This document shows, piece after piece, positions 18,739 through 25,286 of a DNA stretch of 33,202 bases (positions within the stretch are counted from its first letter, which is position 1; every line of letters begins with the position of its first letter). Origin of the DNA: Clostridia bacterium (lineage in GTDB: Bacteria > Bacillota > Clostridia > Christensenellales > CAG-138). Below the pieces are notes generated by a model. That model ran no database searches. It saw only the letters and a program-made list of their open reading frames with translations, and was not told where the DNA came from. Location of the stretch: positions 1 to 33,202 of the forward strand of contig JAUMVL010000001.1 of assembly GCA_030530185.1 (NCBI GenBank). Reading direction: 5' to 3'. The position numbers and the translations under genes are program-made.

Positions 18739-18909
18739 TTAGTCCTGAGCCGGTGCGCCGACGGGGCAAACCTCTGCGCAGTTGCCGCACTCGATGCAGG
18801 TATCCGCGTCGATGACGTACTTATCCTCGCCCTCGGAAATCGCTTCGACCGGGCACTCTGCTGCGCATGCGCCGCACTGGATGCATTCATCGGAAATCTT
18901 GTATGCCAT
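18739..18909 (-). CDS. fdx: clostridial-type 2x[4Fe-4S] ferredoxin
   Basis: Hand-translated 56 aa: MAYKISDECIQCGACAAECPVEAISEGEDKYVIDADTCIECGNCAEVCPVGAPAQD, with two CxxCxxCxxxCP motifs. AGGAGG RBS. Below the ORF-track cut-off. Confidence 0.92.
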   Translation of the reverse strand: MAYKISDECIQCGACAAECPVEAISEGEDKYVIDADTCIECGNCAEVCPVGAPAQD

Positions 18910-18950
18910 AGTAAAATCCTCCTGTTTCTTAATAAATTGTATACGGTTTC

Positions 18951-18978
18951 ATTATAGCACACGTTTTTTGATTTGCAA
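18951..18978 (-). promoter_or_regulatory. promoter candidate TTGCAA-16-TATAAT with TGn extension for ferredoxin
   Basis: Minus-strand read is ttgcaa atcaaaaaacgtgtgc tataat. Confidence 0.5.
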
Positions 18979-19061
18979 CAACGTGCGACAAAGTTCACAA
19001 ACAGTTAGATGCACTTTACCAATCGGTCCGGATTCGCTCGGTTTCGCCGGATGCAGCAAGG

Positions 19062-19084
19062 ACGGACAAGTTTTGTCCGTTTTG
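19062..19084 (+). terminator. orphan terminator-like hairpin in the leader region of the Noc/ParB-like gene
   Basis: acggacaa gtt ttgtccgt followed by tttg. No plus-strand CDS ends nearby. Confidence 0.3.
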
Positions 19085-19209
19085 TTCGAGCTTTGTCACG
19101 CCTCTTTTTATCGACAATTGCTGCGTGATAGAGTGAGATTCGCAAAAACAAACGGGATTCGTCCGATCCCGCAAAGAAGATTTTGAAGGAACACCGAGGA
19201 GGTGATCGA

Positions 19210-20046
19210 ATGCCGTATTCCTTTCAACAGGGTCTGTTACAGATTCCGCCCAAACGGGATCCCGAACGAAGACTCGTGCTGCTGCCGATCCATTCCATTC
19301 TGCCGAATCCAAATCAGCCGCGCCACGAATTCGACAAAGCTGCGCTGTCCGAGCTGATGGTCAGCATCGCGCAGGTCGGGCTGATTCAGCCGCTGACTGT
19401 GCGGCGCGAGGGCGATGGCTATGAGCTGATCTCGGGCGAGCGGCGGCTTCGCGCCTGTCGGTCGCTCGGCATGACCGAGGTGCCGTGCATCATCTCCGAT
19501 TCCAGCGAAGAACGAAGCGCCTATATGGCCGTCGTCGAAAACATTCAGCGGCGCGATCTGCACTATCTCGACGAAGCGGAGTGTTACCACAACCTCCTCC
19601 ATACCTATGACCTGTCGCAGGAGCAGCTTGCGACGCGTCTCGGCAAGAGTCAATCGTTTCTGTCGAACAAGCTTCGCCTTTTACGCCTGCCCAAGGCCAT
19701 GCGCAAACAGATTCGGGAGCAGAACCTGTCCGAGCGTCATGCGCGGGCGCTTTTGCAGCTGCCCGATGAGGAAAGCCAATGGCGCGCGCTCGACGCCATT
19801 TTGAAGCGCGATCTGACCGTAAAGCAGACCGAAAAGCTGATCGCCGACTGGAAAGCCAAGCAAGGCCGCGCGCCGATCCGTGTGCTGCGCCTGCCTGCCG
19901 ACTGCCGCTTGTTTTTGAACAGCGTCAAAACCTGCCTCGAACGGTTGGAAGAAAGCGGAATGCAAACCGAAATGGAGGAGCAGCGCCGCAGCGACGGGTT
20001 CGATCTTGTCATCCGGGTGCGAACCAAGGAACGAACGCTGTTTTAA
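19210..20046 (+). CDS. ParB/Noc-family DNA-binding protein (nucleoid-occlusion-protein-like)
   Basis: Start moved to ATG 19210 (GGAGGTG RBS). ParB box LPNPNQPRHEFD...GLIQPLTVR...YELISGERRLRA. HTH region SQSFLSNKLRLLRLP. The C-terminal part is colinear with B. subtilis Noc as I remember it (...VKQTE...IRV at the end). Confidence 0.8.
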   Translation: MPYSFQQGLLQIPPKRDPERRLVLLPIHSILPNPNQPRHEFDKAALSELMVSIAQVGLIQPLTVRREGDGYELISGERRLRACRSLGMTEVPCIISDSSEERSAYMAVVENIQRRDLHYLDEAECYHNLLHTYDLSQEQLATRLGKSQSFLSNKLRLLRLPKAMRKQIREQNLSERHARALLQLPDEESQWRALDAILKRDLTVKQTEKLIADWKAKQGRAPIRVLRLPADCRLFLNSVKTCLERLEESGMQTEMEEQRRSDGFDLVIRVRTKERTLF

Positions 20047-20076
20047 GAAGAAGGGGCTGTTAAGAAAGGTATCAGG

Positions 20077-20134
20077 AGCCGTTTTCTCCGCTCGAAGCGT
20101 GTACTGACGCTGCCGCGAGAGCGGAAAAACGGCT
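20077..20134. other. long imperfect hairpin (16 bp with one bulge, and a nested 5-bp hairpin in the loop) in a convergent intergenic region
   Basis: agccgtttt(c)tccgctc at 20077-20093 pairs with gagcgga-aaaacggct at 20119-20134. The inner pair agcgt/acgct lies at about 20096-20111. Confidence 0.5.
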
Positions 20135-20155
20135 AATTTGCGGCTCAAAATCAAA

Positions 20156-20182
20156 CAGAAATGGCGTTTTGAGCCATTTCTG
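20156..20182. terminator. bidirectional terminator candidate between the Noc-like gene and the aldo/keto reductase gene
   Basis: cagaaatggc (20156-20165) and gccatttctg (20173-20182) with a 7-nt loop. T-rich tails on both strands. It overlaps an alternative stem ggctcaaaa (20142-20150) / ttttgagcc (20167-20175). Confidence 0.5.
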
Positions 20183-20251
20183 CCTACCGGTATTGTTTTC
20201 CGTTCTTTTGCCGCAAATGTCCTGGTACGTTTATTTAACAGCCCCTTTCGC

Positions 20252-21373
20252 TTATGCTTCAAACACGGCCGCGACTTGTTTCAGAAGATCGCGAATCGGC
20301 AGATGCTGCGGACAGATCATTTCGCACTGTCCGCATTCGATGCAGTCTTTCGCCTTGCCTCCGCGTCCGATCACATTCGCATAGCGACGGCGGATCAGTT
20401 TCTCCTGCTGCGCAAACTGGACCAACTCGTTTTTTCGTTTGAACAGCGCCGGAATGTTGATCGACTGCGGGCATCCCTCGGTGCAGTAGCGGCACGCTGT
20501 GCAGGGAATCAGATCCAGCCCGTGCAGGATTTCCACCACGCGGTGAACCGCCTCATGCTCGGTTTCGTTCAGCGGAACAAAGTCGGTCATGAACGAGAGA
20601 TTGTCGTCCATCTGCTGTACGTCGCTCATGCCGGAAAGCGTCATAAAGATGCCCTCGAACCCGGCGCAGAAGCGGATCGCATAGCTTGCCGGCGAACCGC
20701 CGCCGAGATCGGTCAGTACCCTGCCTGCCGCCTCGTTCAGCATTGCGAGGCTGCCGCCCTTGACCGGTTCCATGACGATGACCGGTTTTCCGTGTTTTCG
20801 GCAGACCTCATATACCCCGCGCGACTGAACCTCGGGGCTTTCGTAATCGAGATAGTTGAACTGAATCTGAACGGCTTCGATCTCGGGATGCTCCGAAAGG
20901 ATCCGGTCGAGCACCTCGGGGGTGTCATGAAACGACATGCAAAGATGCCGGATGCGCCCCTCCGCTAAAAAACGTTGAACCTTTTCATACGCGCCAAGCC
21001 GCTGGAATTTCCTGTCCATCTCATCATCATTTGCATGGAGCAGATAAAAGTCGAAATAATCGACGCCGCACGCCTGCAATTGATGTTCAAAGAACGGCTC
21101 GACCTCATCCGGATTCTCCATTGAAAACGCCGAAAGCTTGTTTGCCAGCACATATGCGTCGCGCGGGTACCGCTTCACAAGACATTCGCGAATCGCCAGC
21201 TCGCTCTTGCCGCCGAAATAGGGATTTGCCGTATCAAAATAGTTGAATCCGGCTGCTAAAAAGCGATCGACCATCTCGGTAAAGTTATCGAGATCGACCT
21301 CGCCCGATTCGGTCAGCTTCAGTCGCATGCATCCGAATCCGAAATTCTTTTTCACCTCGGGAAATCCGTTCAT
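20252..21373 (-). CDS. aldo/keto reductase family oxidoreductase with a C-terminal 2x[4Fe-4S]-binding domain
   Basis: Start moved to ATG 21373 (AAGGAG RBS). N-terminus MNGFPEVKKNFGFGCMRL... is AKR-like. The C-terminus has CTACRYCTEGCP and CIECGQCEMICP. Confidence 0.85.
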   Translation of the reverse strand: MNGFPEVKKNFGFGCMRLKLTESGEVDLDNFTEMVDRFLAAGFNYFDTANPYFGGKSELAIRECLVKRYPRDAYVLANKLSAFSMENPDEVEPFFEHQLQACGVDYFDFYLLHANDDEMDRKFQRLGAYEKVQRFLAEGRIRHLCMSFHDTPEVLDRILSEHPEIEAVQIQFNYLDYESPEVQSRGVYEVCRKHGKPVIVMEPVKGGSLAMLNEAAGRVLTDLGGGSPASYAIRFCAGFEGIFMTLSGMSDVQQMDDNLSFMTDFVPLNETEHEAVHRVVEILHGLDLIPCTACRYCTEGCPQSINIPALFKRKNELVQFAQQEKLIRRRYANVIGRGGKAKDCIECGQCEMICPQHLPIRDLLKQVAAVFEA

Positions 21374-21409
21374 ATCCTGCTCCTTTTGAGAATGTAATTT
21401 ATTTGATAT

Positions 21410-21436
21410 ATTATAGAAAAGCTCGAAAACTGTCAA
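21410..21436 (-). promoter_or_regulatory. promoter candidate TTGACA-15/17-TATAAT(AT) for the aldo/keto reductase gene
   Basis: Minus-strand read is ttgaca gttttcgagcttttc tataatat. Confidence 0.4.
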
Positions 21437-21498
21437 GCACACTTCCCTTTTGCGGCGGCGCATGAGGCAAAAATTTCCGAGCAATTCCCTTGCGCCGA

Positions 21499-21527
21499 TT
21501 GACAATTTGCGCATGCTCTGCTATCAT
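21499..21527 (+). promoter_or_regulatory. promoter candidate TTGACA-17-TATCAT with TGn extension for scfA
   Basis: ttgaca atttgcgcatgctctgc tatcat, 34 nt upstream of the scfA ATG. Confidence 0.55.
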
Positions 21528-21560
21528 ATATGAGATGAAATATGTTTGGAGGATTGTACC

Positions 21561-21707
21561 ATGACGCATATCAAAACGATCAAAACCCGCAATCTGTGCG
21601 AGAGCGCAAAGAACGGCGGCTGCGGCGAGTGCCAGACTTCCTGCCAGTCCGCTTGCAAGACCAGCTGCGGTATCGCAAATCAGAAGTGCGAAAAGTCGGC
21701 CAAATAA
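21561..21707 (+). CDS. scfA: SCIFF (six-cysteines-in-forty-five) ranthipeptide precursor
   Basis: Hand-translated 48 aa: MTHIKTIKTRNLCESAKNGGCGECQTSCQSACKTSCGIANQKCEKSAK. It carries the invariant GGCGECQTSCQSACKTSC core. GGAGGA RBS. It lies immediately upstream of the cognate radical-SAM maturase. The ORF track only shows a spurious 75-aa ORF in another frame. Confidence 0.92.
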   Translation: MTHIKTIKTRNLCESAKNGGCGECQTSCQSACKTSCGIANQKCEKSAK

Positions 21708-21732
21708 CCGACGTCAAGCAAACGTTACAGGG

Positions 21733-21760
21733 AATGCCGTCCTTTTCGGGCGGCATTTTT
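21733..21760 (+). terminator. intercistronic hairpin plus T-run between scfA and scfB (possible partial terminator)
   Basis: aatgccg(tcc) ttttc (ggg)cggcatt followed by ttt. It sits 26 nt after the scfA stop and 20 nt before the scfB ATG. Confidence 0.4.
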
Positions 21761-21779
21761 ACGGAATAGAGAGGTTTTT

Positions 21780-23171
21780 ATGATTCATGCCTATCAACTC
21801 GGCGGATACAACATCGTTCTCGATGTCTGCTCCGGCGCGGTGCACGCGGTGGACGAGGTCAGCTATGCGCTGATTACGCACTTTGAAGGCGTCGATCGCG
21901 AAAAGCTGATCGACGGGCTCCATGCGGCACACCCTGACGACCCGATGTATACCGTCGAGGAGCTGAACGCCTGCTACGATGAAATCCTTGCCCTGAAGGA
22001 GGCCGGCCAGCTGTTTTCGCCGGATACGTTCCGACCGATGGCAAATACGCTGAAAAGCCGCACCTCGGGCGTCGTCAAGGCGCTGTGCCTGCACGTTGCG
22101 CATACCTGCAACCTCAACTGCGCTTACTGCTTTGCAAGCCAGGGCAAATACAAGGGCGAGCGGGCGGTCATGTCCTTTGAAGTCGGCAAACAGGCATTGG
22201 ACTTTCTGGTCGCACATTCCGGCACGCGCAAGAATCTCGAAGTGGACTTTTTCGGCGGCGAACCGCTGATGAATTTCGACGTGGTCAAACAACTCGTTGC
22301 CTACGCCAGAACGCTCGAACCGAAATTTCATAAGACCTTCCGCTTTACCCTGACCACCAACGGCGTGCTGATCGACGACGACGTGATCGATTTCTGCAAC
22401 CGGGAAATGAGCAACGTCGTTTTGAGTCTTGACGGGCGCAAGGAAATCCACGACCGCTATCGCGTGGACTATGCGGGAAACGGCAGCTGGGAAAAAATCG
22501 TGCCGAAGTTTCAAAAGCTCGTTGCGGCGCGCGGCGGGAAGAATTACTATATGCGCGGCACATTCACGCATGCCAACCCCGATTTTCTCAAGGACATTCA
22601 GACGATGCTCGATCTCGGCTTTACCGAGCTTTCGATGGAGCCTGTCGTCTGTGCCGAGGACAGCCCCGATCGGCTGACTGAAACGGATCTTCCGATCGTC
22701 TGCGAACAGTATGAACAGCTTGCGGAATTGCTGATCCGGCGGCGCAGGGAGGGACGGCCGTTTACGTTCTATCATTATATGATCGACCTGACGGGCGGCC
22801 CATGCATCTATAAGCGCATTTCGGGCTGCGGATCCGGCACCGAATACATGGCAGTCACACCGTGGGGCGATCTGTACCCGTGCCACCAGTTTGTCGGCGA
22901 GGAGCGCTTCAAGCTCGGCGATATCTGGACCGGTGTGACGAATACCGCCGTACAGAATGAATTTGCCGGTTGCAACGTCTATGCGCACCCGGAATGCGGC
23001 GAATGCTGGGCACGGCTGTACTGCTCCGGCGGCTGCGCGGCAAACGCCTATCACGCAACCGGTTCAGTGACCGGTGTCTATCGCTATGGCTGCGAGCTGT
23101 TTCGAAAGCGCATGGAATGCGCGATCATGGCAGCGGTGGACGAACAGCTTGCGGAGAACGGCGATGTCTGA
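21780..23171 (+). CDS. scfB: radical SAM/SPASM thioether cross-link-forming SCIFF peptide maturase
   Basis: 463 aa. N-terminus MIHAYQLGGYNIVLDVCSGAVHAVDE is typical of ScfB. Radical-SAM motif CNLNCAYC. SPASM Cys clusters (CGSG...PCHQF, CGECWARLYCSGGCAANA). Adjacent to scfA. Confidence 0.93.
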   Translation: MIHAYQLGGYNIVLDVCSGAVHAVDEVSYALITHFEGVDREKLIDGLHAAHPDDPMYTVEELNACYDEILALKEAGQLFSPDTFRPMANTLKSRTSGVVKALCLHVAHTCNLNCAYCFASQGKYKGERAVMSFEVGKQALDFLVAHSGTRKNLEVDFFGGEPLMNFDVVKQLVAYARTLEPKFHKTFRFTLTTNGVLIDDDVIDFCNREMSNVVLSLDGRKEIHDRYRVDYAGNGSWEKIVPKFQKLVAARGGKNYYMRGTFTHANPDFLKDIQTMLDLGFTELSMEPVVCAEDSPDRLTETDLPIVCEQYEQLAELLIRRRREGRPFTFYHYMIDLTGGPCIYKRISGCGSGTEYMAVTPWGDLYPCHQFVGEERFKLGDIWTGVTNTAVQNEFAGCNVYAHPECGECWARLYCSGGCAANAYHATGSVTGVYRYGCELFRKRMECAIMAAVDEQLAENGDV

Positions 23172-24513
23172 ACGGACCCCGACGCCGATCTGTGATTTTG
23201 TCCGCGCCTATGCCGCACGCAATCCTGTCCGGCTGCATATGCCCGGCCATAAGGGGGGCGATGATCTCGGCCCGGAGCCGCTCGACATCACCGAAATCGA
23301 CGGCGCCGATACACTGTTTGAAGCAAGCGGAATCATCGCCGAAAGCGAGGCGTACGCTTCCCGGCACTTCGGCGCGCATACATTCTATTCAGTCGAAGGC
23401 TCTTCGCTCTGCATCCGCGCGATGCTGTTCCTTGCCGCACGGCGCGTTCCGAGCGGCCGCCGTGCACGCGTGCTGGCCGCGCGCAATGTGCACAAAGCCT
23501 TTTTGAGTGCGGCGGCGCTGCTCGATCTCGATGTATCGTGGCTCTATCCCGCATCGGACTGCGGCCTGCTTGCGTCTGACTGTACGCCCGCTTCGGTGGA
23601 AGATGCGCTGCAACAAAGCGACGAGCCGTTTTGCGCCGTCTATCTGACCGCGCCGGACTATCTTGGAAATGTGCCGGATGTTGCCGGGATCGCAACGGTG
23701 TGCCATCGTTATGGTGTGCCGCTGCTGGTGGACAATGCGCACGGCGCCTATCTGAAATTTTTACCGGTTTCGCGGCACCCGATCGACCTTGGCGCCGACC
23801 TATGCTGTGACTCGGCGCATAAAACATTGCCGGCCCTGACCGGAACGGCGTATCTGCATGCTGCACAGAACGACCGATACGGGTTTACGCAGAACGCCAA
23901 GGATGCGCTCGCCCTGTTCGGTTCGACCAGTCCTTCTTATTTGCTGCTGCAATCGCTCGATCGGCTGAACTGCACGCTGGACGACTGTCCCAAGCAGCTT
24001 TCTGCCTTTGTTCCCAAGATCGATGCGCTGAAAAACGAACTGCACACCATCGGATACCGGCTGCTCGGCGACGAACCGCTGAAACTCACGATCGACGCGA
24101 ACGCATACGGCTATACGGGATCCGCGCTAAAGGAGGCGCTTCGATCCTGCGGCATCGAGCCGGAGTTTGCCGATCCCGACTGGCTCGTTCTGATGCTGTC
24201 GCCCTGCAACTCTGACGAGGAGCTTGACCGGCTTTTGACCGCGCTGCGCAGCATCAAGAGACGGAAGGCAATCATCCGTTTGCAGACGCCGTATGCCGTC
24301 CCGCAGATCGCTTGCTCGATTCGCACGGCGATGCTCTCCGAATCCGAACGTCTGCCGGTCGAAAAAACCTGCGGCCGTGTGCTTGCGCAGCCATGCGTCA
24401 GCTGTCCGCCGGCGGTCCCGATCGTCATGTGCGGAGAGATCATCGACCAAAGCGCGATCGAACGATTCCGCTATTACGGAACAAAGCAGCTTACCGTTCT
24501 GAAAAAGGGATGA
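23164..24513 (+). CDS. PLP-dependent Orn/Lys/Arg decarboxylase family protein (YaaO/SpeA-like)
   Basis: Start moved to ATG 23164 (GGAGAA RBS 5 nt upstream). The motif LHMPGHKGG near the N-terminus, DSAHKTLPALTG (Lys for PLP) and overall size fit the OKR_DC_1 family. The ATG lies 8 nt inside scfB. Confidence 0.82.
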   Translation: MSERTPTPICDFVRAYAARNPVRLHMPGHKGGDDLGPEPLDITEIDGADTLFEASGIIAESEAYASRHFGAHTFYSVEGSSLCIRAMLFLAARRVPSGRRARVLAARNVHKAFLSAAALLDLDVSWLYPASDCGLLASDCTPASVEDALQQSDEPFCAVYLTAPDYLGNVPDVAGIATVCHRYGVPLLVDNAHGAYLKFLPVSRHPIDLGADLCCDSAHKTLPALTGTAYLHAAQNDRYGFTQNAKDALALFGSTSPSYLLLQSLDRLNCTLDDCPKQLSAFVPKIDALKNELHTIGYRLLGDEPLKLTIDANAYGYTGSALKEALRSCGIEPEFADPDWLVLMLSPCNSDEELDRLLTALRSIKRRKAIIRLQTPYAVPQIACSIRTAMLSESERLPVEKTCGRVLAQPCVSCPPAVPIVMCGEIIDQSAIERFRYYGTKQLTVLKKG

Positions 24514-24551
24514 AACCTTGCCCCCAAACGCGGATTTCTGCCCGATACCAC

Positions 24552-24581
24552 TTGAATTCTGTTTCTTGTTTGTGGTATGAT
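24552..24581 (+). promoter_or_regulatory. promoter candidate TTGAAT-18-TATGAT with TGn extension
   Basis: ttgaat tctgtttcttgtttgtgg tatgat, upstream of the lipoprotein gene. Confidence 0.45.
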
Positions 24582-24609
24582 ACACAAACAGGACAAAAAG
24601 GAGATTCCC

Positions 24610-25143
24610 ATGAAAAAATTCTGTTTGTATAGTTTCATCGTTTTGCTTGTTCTTGGCCTGATCGGCTGTGCACCGAGAAGCACGTCCACCGGCCCCGAAA
24701 ACCCGACGTTTGTCGTCGTGGCCGAAAACGCCGAGATTGCCGAGGTGCTGGCTTATTTTCAAGCGCACTCCGGGTACCTGCCCACCGTCGTTACGCTGAA
24801 CGAGGAGACGCTTGCGTCCCTTTCCGAACAGCTGAAAACGGATGGAGCATCCGCCGAACGCGCGGATGTGCTCAAAAAGGCTGCCGAAGGCGCAACCTGC
24901 CTCGTGCTCAAATCCGACGCGCTGATCGCCGAATACGAAGCGCTGGGCTTCCGCGTGGATAACGAAGAGCTCAAAGCCCTAACCTCCTCCTTCCGCATCG
25001 ACAATGCAGACCTGCTTGGTCTGAAGATCGTGCAGATGCCCGCCGGCAGCGAGCTGAACCTCGACGCGCTGAAGGCGCTCGCCTCCTGGATGACCGGCGC
25101 CGAGGCCAAATACCTTGCCGACAATCCCGATCTTTTGAAATAA
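24610..25143 (+). CDS. small lipoprotein of unknown function
   Basis: Start moved to ATG 24610 (AAAGGAG RBS). Signal peptide with lipobox MKKFCLYSFIVLLVLGLIGC. No family recognised. Confidence 0.6.
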   Translation: MKKFCLYSFIVLLVLGLIGCAPRSTSTGPENPTFVVVAENAEIAEVLAYFQAHSGYLPTVVTLNEETLASLSEQLKTDGASAERADVLKKAAEGATCLVLKSDALIAEYEALGFRVDNEELKALTSSFRIDNADLLGLKIVQMPAGSELNLDALKALASWMTGAEAKYLADNPDLLK

Positions 25144-25157
25144 ATACCGTATGCGAT

Positions 25158-25192
25158 CCGCACTTTGGCAATTTGCCGGAGTGCGGTTTTTT
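25158..25192 (+). terminator. rho-independent terminator
   Basis: ccgcact(ttggc) ... (gccgg)agtgcgg followed by tttttt. Confidence 0.65.
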
Positions 25193-25286
25193 CTACGCAG
25201 ATTTTTTCTTTCTTTAATGTAGATTTAAGGAACGGTCTGTATGATCGAAGAAAAACAAGCAAACCCTATGCGGAAAGGATAACGAT

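Noticed and set aside
21542-21769. 75-aa ORF given in the track over the scfA region
   Set aside because: It is in a different frame from the 48-aa SCIFF peptide. The SCIFF frame has a GGAGGA RBS and an unmistakable conserved core. The 75-aa product has no features.
21759-23054. 431-aa minus-strand ORF
   Set aside because: It is the mirror frame of scfB, whose radical-SAM and SPASM motifs are unambiguous.
3825-24609. Longer N-terminal extensions offered by the ORF track (starts at 3825, 9537, 16290, 19183, 21514, 23074 and 24577)
   Set aside because: In each case an internal ATG has a much better Shine-Dalgarno sequence. It also yields the canonical family N-terminus or signal peptide. The extensions overlap promoters or neighbouring genes.
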